Positions 58,709 to 64,000 of a stretch of DNA of 64,000 nt are shown here, piece by piece. The notes beneath the pieces are model-generated. The model was not told the DNA's origin. It saw only the letters and a list, made by a program, of their open reading frames with translations, and did no database searches. Numbering within the stretch: the first letter of the stretch is position 1; each line of letters starts with the position of its first letter. This stretch comes from Candidatus Uhrbacteria bacterium. GTDB lineage: Bacteria > Patescibacteriota > Patescibacteriia > UBA9934 > GWF2-40-263. Position numbers and translations under genes: made by a program. The stretch is taken from positions 2,697 to 66,696 of the forward strand of contig JAHFIQ010000004.1 of NCBI GenBank assembly GCA_023246355.1. Direction: 5' to 3'.

Positions 58709-59152
58709 ATGAAGGTGATCCTGCTCTCAAGCGTCAAGCCGCTTGGAAAAGAAGGGGACGTGGTCGAGGTGTCGGACGGGCACGCACGCAACTTTTTGTT
58801 CCCACAAAGTCTGGCGGTACCAGCAACGGACGAGGCCCTGAAGAAAAAGGCCGAGCGAGAAAAAATCGCCTCAGGCAAAGCCAGCAAGGCCCTTTCAGCG
58901 GCTGGAGACTTGGCGCACAAATTGGAAGGACACGAAGTGTTGCTTGAAGAAAAGGTCAGCGACGGAGGGGTGTTCTTTGCTGCGGTCACAGGAAAGATGA
59001 TTGCCTCAGCGCTCAAGAAAGAGGGTTTTCCGGTCGAAACGGATTGGATCCACATCGAGAGTCCGATCAAAGAACCAGGAGACTACACAGCTTCTGTGTC
59101 CCTGCCTCACGGCTTTGAAGCCGAAATAAAAATCATTGTCGAAGAGAAGTAG
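58709..59152 (+). CDS. rplI: 50S ribosomal protein L9
   Basis: MKVILL..LGK.G.VVEVSDGHARNFL.P. Confidence 0.96.
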   Translation: MKVILLSSVKPLGKEGDVVEVSDGHARNFLFPQSLAVPATDEALKKKAEREKIASGKASKALSAAGDLAHKLEGHEVLLEEKVSDGGVFFAAVTGKMIASALKKEGFPVETDWIHIESPIKEPGDYTASVSLPHGFEAEIKIIVEEK

Positions 59153-59601
59153 CAAGTATCAAGTAGCATGTAGCAAGTATGCTCATAGGAATGAATGGAA
59201 ATGAAGGTCAGATAAAGAATTTTACAGATCTTGTTACATGGCAGAAAGGACATACTCTCGTCATCACAGTCTACAAACTAACGAAAAATTTTCCAGCAGA
59301 TGAACGATACGGACTGGTAAGCCAAATGAGACGCTGTTCTGTTTCAATCACCTCTAACATTGCTGAGGGTTTTGGAAGAAGAACAGGAAAAGAAAAAATT
59401 CGATTTTATGATATAGCCATTGGTTCTTTGTTCGAGCTTCAAAATCAGGTTCTCCTCTCGCAGGGGCTTGGATATCTTGATGAATCTCAAATTGCTCTTA
59501 TCCAACCACTTGCTTTAGAGGTGAATCGTTTATTGAATGGCTTAATCAAAACAGCCATCTAGCTAATATACTTGCTACTTACTACTTGATACTTGCTACT
59601 T
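59147..59601. mobile_element. heptamer-arm element enclosing a four-helix-bundle gene (putative)
   Basis: left arm 59147-59180 and inverted right arm 59568-59601 flank an AT-richer ORF. Confidence 0.55.
59191..59562 (+). CDS. four helix bundle protein (23S rRNA IVS/'S23', Avd-like fold)
   Basis: DL.TWQK, FP..ERYGL.SQMRR.SVSI.SNIAEG..R, GS..E. Confidence 0.93.
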   Translation: MNGNEGQIKNFTDLVTWQKGHTLVITVYKLTKNFPADERYGLVSQMRRCSVSITSNIAEGFGRRTGKEKIRFYDIAIGSLFELQNQVLLSQGLGYLDESQIALIQPLALEVNRLLNGLIKTAI

Positions 59602-59607
59602 TCCTTT

Positions 59608-61227
59608 ATGAAACATCGTTACATTTTTGTCGTAGGAGGCGTGATGTCAGGTGTTGGAAAGGGAGTGACCACGGCGTCTATTGGTAAAATTCTCCAGTCG
59701 CGTGGTTTGCATGTGACCGCCATCAAGATCGATCCGTATGTGAATGTCGATGCAGGCACCATGAACCCGGTTGAACATGGAGAGGTGTTTGTGACGGACG
59801 ACGGGGACGAGACCGATCAGGACATGGGAAATTACGAGCGGTTTTTGGAAGCGGATTTGACGAGCACGAATTACATGACCACAGGCCGTGTCTACCAGAC
59901 GGTGATCGAGAAGGAGCGCAACTTGGAGTACAAGGGAAAGTGTGTAGAAGTCGTGCCGCATATTCCACTGGAAGTGATTCGTCGTATCAAGAACGCAGCA
60001 CAGATGGCGAAGGCCGATGTCACGATGGTCGAGGTTGGAGGGACGGTCGGTGAGTATCAAAACATTTTATTTTTGGAAGCCGCGCGCATGATGCATTTGG
60101 ACGATCCTGAGAACGTCTTGTTTGTGTTGGTGAGTTACTTGCCTGTGCCAAAGCACTTGGGAGAGATGAAAACCAAGCCGACGCAGTATGCGACCAGAAC
60201 CTTGAATAGCGCGGGTATTCATCCAGACTTTATTGTCTGTCGCGGAGAGCAGTTCATGGACAAACCTCGGCGAGAAAAGTTGAGTGTGTTTTGCAATGTG
60301 AAGCCAGAGGCCGTGATCACCGCGCCGGATGTTCCTTCTATTTATGATATTCCGGCCTTGTTTGAGTCACAGGATCTGTCCAGCACGATTTTGAAAAAAT
60401 TTAAGATGAAGCCTCGCTCTACGGACTTGCGTACCTGGAAGGCCATGGCCGATGTTCAACGGACGGCCAAACGTACCGTAAAGATTGGCGTTGTTGGAAA
60501 GTACTTTGCCACAGGCGACTACACCCTTTCTGACTCCTACATCTCGGTGATAGAAGCACTCAAGGCTGCGGCGTGGAGTCACAAGGTCAAAATTCAGCTT
60601 GACTGGATTAACTCAGAAGATTTTGAAACGCATCCAAAATCCATTTCTCGCTTGAAAGAATACGATGGCATTCTGGTGCCTGGTGGATTCGGCACACGCG
60701 GCATCGAAGGGATCATTGCGGCGATCAAGTATTGTCGCGAGAAAAAAGTTCCGTATTTTGGATTGTGCTATGGCATGCAACTGGCCTGTGTGGAGTTTGC
60801 CAGGCATGTGCTTGGAAAGACGACGGCCCATACGGTGGAAGTCGATGAGGCAACGGTTGATCCAATCATTCATGTGAGTCCGATTCAGTTGAAGAACATT
60901 CGTGAGAATCGTTATGGCGGCACCATGCGTTTGGGGGCGTTCGATTGCAAATTGCAGCCTGGGACGCTCACGGCAAAGGCCTACCGAGCAAGTGTGATTT
61001 CTGAACGTCATCGCCATCGTTATGAGTTTAACAATGACTATGCAGAGGCGATTGAGAAAAAAGGTTTAATGATCACCGGTGTGAATCCCGGATCTGGTTT
61101 GGTGGAGATCGTCGAGCTTAAGAACCACCCGTTCTTCGTGGGTGTCCAGTTCCATCCAGAATTCAAATCTCGTCCGCTCAATCCACATCCACTGTTTAAG
61201 GCATTTATTGGCGCTGCGTTGAAATAA
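59608..61227 (+). CDS. pyrG: CTP synthase
   Basis: GGVMSGVGKG, GLCYGMQ, ERHRHRYE, QFHPE. Confidence 0.98.
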   Translation: MKHRYIFVVGGVMSGVGKGVTTASIGKILQSRGLHVTAIKIDPYVNVDAGTMNPVEHGEVFVTDDGDETDQDMGNYERFLEADLTSTNYMTTGRVYQTVIEKERNLEYKGKCVEVVPHIPLEVIRRIKNAAQMAKADVTMVEVGGTVGEYQNILFLEAARMMHLDDPENVLFVLVSYLPVPKHLGEMKTKPTQYATRTLNSAGIHPDFIVCRGEQFMDKPRREKLSVFCNVKPEAVITAPDVPSIYDIPALFESQDLSSTILKKFKMKPRSTDLRTWKAMADVQRTAKRTVKIGVVGKYFATGDYTLSDSYISVIEALKAAAWSHKVKIQLDWINSEDFETHPKSISRLKEYDGILVPGGFGTRGIEGIIAAIKYCREKKVPYFGLCYGMQLACVEFARHVLGKTTAHTVEVDEATVDPIIHVSPIQLKNIRENRYGGTMRLGAFDCKLQPGTLTAKAYRASVISERHRHRYEFNNDYAEAIEKKGLMITGVNPGSGLVEIVELKNHPFFVGVQFHPEFKSRPLNPHPLFKAFIGAALK

Positions 61228-61232
61228 GTGTA

Positions 61233-61297
61233 ATGGGGTCAGGTCGGGTTATGGGCATTGTGAAAAACAAAATGCCCATAACCCGACCTGACCCCAT
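61233..61297. repeat. perfect 27-bp-arm palindrome (REP-like/terminator)
   Basis: atggggtcaggtcgggttatgggcatt / aatgcccataacccgacctgaccccat. Confidence 0.85.
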
Positions 61298-61367
61298 GAC
61301 AAATCACGGTTGACAGCACCGTGATTTTGTGATAGATTCTTTCGTTCCGAATCTTCAGGAGGAACCC

Positions 61368-61853
61368 ATGTTTCTGTACAACTGTGCATTGGGTGCGCTT
61401 GCTGGTCTTGGTGCTATTTTCGCTGGGCCCTGGGTTTTGCGCAGCGGTTGGCATTGGGCAGCGAAGCTGATCGTTTTTGGAATGCTCGGTGTCATGCTCT
61501 ACCAGAGTTGGGCGCTCATCATGGGCGGACCAGGTTCGGACTTGCGCATCGTGACCGAGCTTCTGGCCTCCTACGGCGGAATCACCGCCGCCTCGAGGAT
61601 CGTGCAGCGTCCGGGAAACCCCTGGGTTCAGTACGGTATTCCTGCTCTGCTCGTTATCTTTCTCACCATCACCTGGTGGGAGCAGATTGAGCGGTTTCAG
61701 GATGGAGGAGCACGTGCTTTTGTCGGTGACCAAGTGACTCCCGACCAGGCGCAGCCCGCTTCGCAACCGCAGGAGGCCACTCCCCGCAAGAACTTCTGCG
61801 ACGAGAACATCTCAGTCTACCAACGAGAGCAGCTGGGATGTCCACCCAAGTAG
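61368..61853 (+). CDS. hypothetical membrane protein
   Basis: TTGACA promoter, AGGAGG RBS, ~4 TM segments, terminator. Confidence 0.75.
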   Translation: MFLYNCALGALAGLGAIFAGPWVLRSGWHWAAKLIVFGMLGVMLYQSWALIMGGPGSDLRIVTELLASYGGITAASRIVQRPGNPWVQYGIPALLVIFLTITWWEQIERFQDGGARAFVGDQVTPDQAQPASQPQEATPRKNFCDENISVYQREQLGCPPK

Positions 61854-61956
61854 CCGATCACGACTCCGACCCCGCGTCGGAGTTTTCTATTGACATTTTT
61901 TTCTCGTTTCGTTATGCTTTTCGCAAATAATACTTAGATTAAACTTCTGTTCATCC

Positions 61957-62076
61957 GGGAGCTCTGAAAAGCTCCAGCTGCAAGGCGCGGGTGGCCAGTC
62001 GCCAGAGCTGTAGCAGCGCTACTGCGAGGCGATGGCCGGGTCCCGCAACGCAGCAGATGGACGTTTCAGAGCTCCC
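61957..62076 (+). repeat. structured repeat family A, copy 2 (rpmA 5' region)
   Basis: gggagctctgaaa/tttcagagctccc IR around the conserved core. Confidence 0.88.
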
Positions 62077-62078
62077 CT

Positions 62079-62360
62079 ATGGCACATAAAAAAGCAGGTG
62101 GTTCTACCCAGCTCGGACGTGACTCTGCTGGTCAACGTCTGGGCGTGAAAATCGCCGATGGACAGTACGCACTTCCCGGACAAATCATTGTCCGCCAGCG
62201 CGGTACGAAAATTCATCCAGGCACCGGTGTCCTTCGCGCTAAGGACGACACGCTCTATGCCGGCGTCAAAGGCATCGTGAAGTTCACGCAAAAAAAGATG
62301 GCGAATTTCCATGGAGTCTTGAAACATCGGACGTTTGCAAAAATGGTCTCTGAAAAGTAA
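62079..62360 (+). CDS. rpmA: 50S ribosomal protein L27
   Basis: [14 protein letters not shown]...RLGVK, IIVRQRG. Confidence 0.98.
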   Translation: MAHKKAGGSTQLGRDSAGQRLGVKIADGQYALPGQIIVRQRGTKIHPGTGVLRAKDDTLYAGVKGIVKFTQKKMANFHGVLKHRTFAKMVSEK

Positions 62361-62431
62361 CCGAATACATCCAGCTCACCTGGATGTTTTGGTTTGCTCA
62401 AAACACAAAAAAAGGCTATCATAAAACGACT

Positions 62432-62671
62432 ATGAACGAGACGATAGAACAACAGATTGAACGCGTCCTTGAACAAGTCCGTCCCGCGCTTCGTCTGGAT
62501 GGCGGCGGAATTGAATTGGTGAAGTATGACGCACAGACCGGCGCGGTGCATGTGAAAATGCAAGGCGCCTGCGTTGGATGTCCGATGTCTCAGATTACTC
62601 TGAAGATGGGAGTTGAGGCTGCACTGCAGGACGCCATTCCTGAGATTAAAGAAGTGATTCCTGTTTCGTAA
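62432..62671 (+). CDS. NifU C-terminal domain protein
   Basis: VRPAL..DGG.IELV, GACVGCP.S..TLK. Confidence 0.92.
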   Translation: MNETIEQQIERVLEQVRPALRLDGGGIELVKYDAQTGAVHVKMQGACVGCPMSQITLKMGVEAALQDAIPEIKEVIPVS

Positions 62672-62672
62672 T

Positions 62673-63074
62673 GTGGTGAAACATCATTACAAAAAATCTC
62701 TTCAGCAGTTTTTTAAGGACGGGGCAGAGTGTTTTAAGACGACGCGTCTCACGCAGGTGAGCTTGCTCGTCTCGATTCTGTTTCTTGTTCTCACCTTTGC
62801 CCTTCCCATCTGGCGCCTGGTTCCTCTGGCTTCTGAGTTGCCATTTATCGCCCTGCACTACAACATTTATTTGGGAGTAGATCAGTTTGGATCACTCTAC
62901 AGTATTTTTCTGCTACCGGTTTTAGGGCTGTTTTTTCTTGTATTGAATGTGGTTATTGAGGTCGCATCGTTTCGCAAACAAAAAATTCTTTCGATGTTTT
63001 TTGCCGGCGCCAATCCACTGCTTCAGGTTTTGTTATTGGTGGCGGTCTCACTCATTATTCTTGTCAATGTATGA
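62673..63074 (+). CDS. hypothetical membrane protein (DUF1648-like)
   Basis: LHYNIYLGVD motif, 3 TM; exact start uncertain. Confidence 0.75.
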   Translation: MVKHHYKKSLQQFFKDGAECFKTTRLTQVSLLVSILFLVLTFALPIWRLVPLASELPFIALHYNIYLGVDQFGSLYSIFLLPVLGLFFLVLNVVIEVASFRKQKILSMFFAGANPLLQVLLLVAVSLIILVNV

Positions 63075-64000
63075 ACCTTGAGTCATTTGAAATCGTCCGC
63101 GTGCTCCTGCTCTCGGCTGTGGCGTTTGTGTTTGCGTTTGCTTGGGCGCCGTTGTTGGTTCGTGCCTTGCATCGCCTCAAGGTCGGGAAATCCATTCGAG
63201 GTGAGGAACACGCACCCGTCTTTGCCAAGCTCCACGAAAAAAAACGCGGCACGCCCACGATGGGAGGGATTCTCATTTGGTGGACAGTGTTGGTGTTGGC
63301 CATCGTGCTGTATTATCTCGCGCCTTTTCTTCCTGCGAGCTCGCTTCTTTCACGTCTCAACTTTTTAACACGCTCTGAAACCCTTTTGCCCCTGGGCGCG
63401 CTCGTTGCCTCGGCCATCGTTGGATTTGTGGATGATTATTTTAACGTTCGAGGAATCGGTCCAAAGGGCGGGGGATTGCGCATGCGCCATCGTCTGCTCA
63501 TCTACACCGCGATTGCCGTGGTCGGCGCTTGGTGGTTTCGTGTGAAGCTCGATTGGGATCTTTTACATATTCCCTTCGTCGGCGACTTTAACATTGGGTT
63601 TTGGTATGTCCCATTTTTTATTCTCGTCATCGTCTCAACCGCGTTTTCTGTGAACGAAGCCGATGGGCTTGATGGTCTGGCCGGCGGTGCCTTGCTCACG
63701 TCTTTTGGGGCGTATGCCGTGATCGCCTTTGCACAGGGACATTATGACCTCGCGGTTTTTTGTGGCGTGATTTTGGGCGCGCTTCTTGCTTTTCTTTGGT
63801 TCAATATTCATCCAGCCAGTTTTTTCATGGGAGACACGGGTGCCATGTCTTTGGGGGTCACGCTGGGCGTTGTGGCCATGCTCACGAACTCCGCATTGTT
63901 TCTTCCGATCATCGGGTTTGTGTTTGTCATCGAATCCTTGTCCGTCCTTGTGCAACTCTTTTTCCGGCGAGTGCTCAAGCGGCGTCTCTTTAAATCATCG
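63071..64000 (+). CDS. mraY: phospho-N-acetylmuramoyl-pentapeptide transferase (partial, runs off window)
   Basis: own translation from ATG 63071: KKRGTPTMGG, DDY, DGLDGL, FFMGDTG. Confidence 0.95.
   Translation, partial: MNLESFEIVRVLLLSAVAFVFAFAWAPLLVRALHRLKVGKSIRGEEHAPVFAKLHEKKRGTPTMGGILIWWTVLVLAIVLYYLAPFLPASSLLSRLNFLTRSETLLPLGALVASAIVGFVDDYFNVRGIGPKGGGLRMRHRLLIYTAIAVVGAWWFRVKLDWDLLHIPFVGDFNIGFWYVPFFILVIVSTAFSVNEADGLDGLAGGALLTSFGAYAVIAFAQGHYDLAVFCGVILGALLAFLWFNIHPASFFMGDTGAMSLGVTLGVVAMLTNSALFLPIIGFVFVIESLSVLVQLFFRRVLKRRLFKSS

Noticed and set aside
59191-59562. Diversity-generating retroelement
   Set aside because: Avd-like fold only; no reverse transcriptase or TR/VR pair is visible in the window.
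8018-59601. Heptamer/nonamer repeats as a CRISPR array
   Set aside because: No constant 23-47-bp repeats with unique spacers, and no cas genes.
1-64000. Alternative genetic code (UGA=Gly, code 25)
   Set aside because: Conserved genes (xseA, xseB, pyrH, tpiA) end properly at TGA and have no in-frame TGA.

Overview
Gene content points to a ~50%-GC-type Patescibacteria (CPR, Parcubacteria-like) chromosome segment in genetic code 11; the taxonomy is inferred. Core genes are xseAB, archaeal-type pyrH, rplJ/rplL with an L10 leader, tsaB, mreB, holB, frr, alpha2-type glyS, tpiA, pgi, rpmG, rplI, pyrG, rpmA and partial mraY, plus 4 tRNAs, glycosyltransferases and a redox block (ndh, yceI, doxX, sod, bcp). 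The most notable signals are non-coding. (1) A GC-rich minus-strand unit at ~25.35-29.13 kb has a perfect sigma70 promoter, a ~440-nt structured leader and four orphan ORFs separated by three covarying copies of a two-hairpin motif. (2) An NYN RNase gene has a convergent promoter that would make a ~60-nt antisense hairpin RNA, a possible toxin-antitoxin pair. (3) An inverted heptamer (AGTAGCA) element occurs 4 times empty and once enclosing a four-helix-bundle gene. (4) Two families of ~120-175-nt structured repeats have locus-specific closing stems. (5) There is also a stand-alone ~300-nt transcript, a leader-peptide attenuator before an ABC exporter, and unannotated small ORFs. All product calls come from motif recognition by eye; no database search was run.
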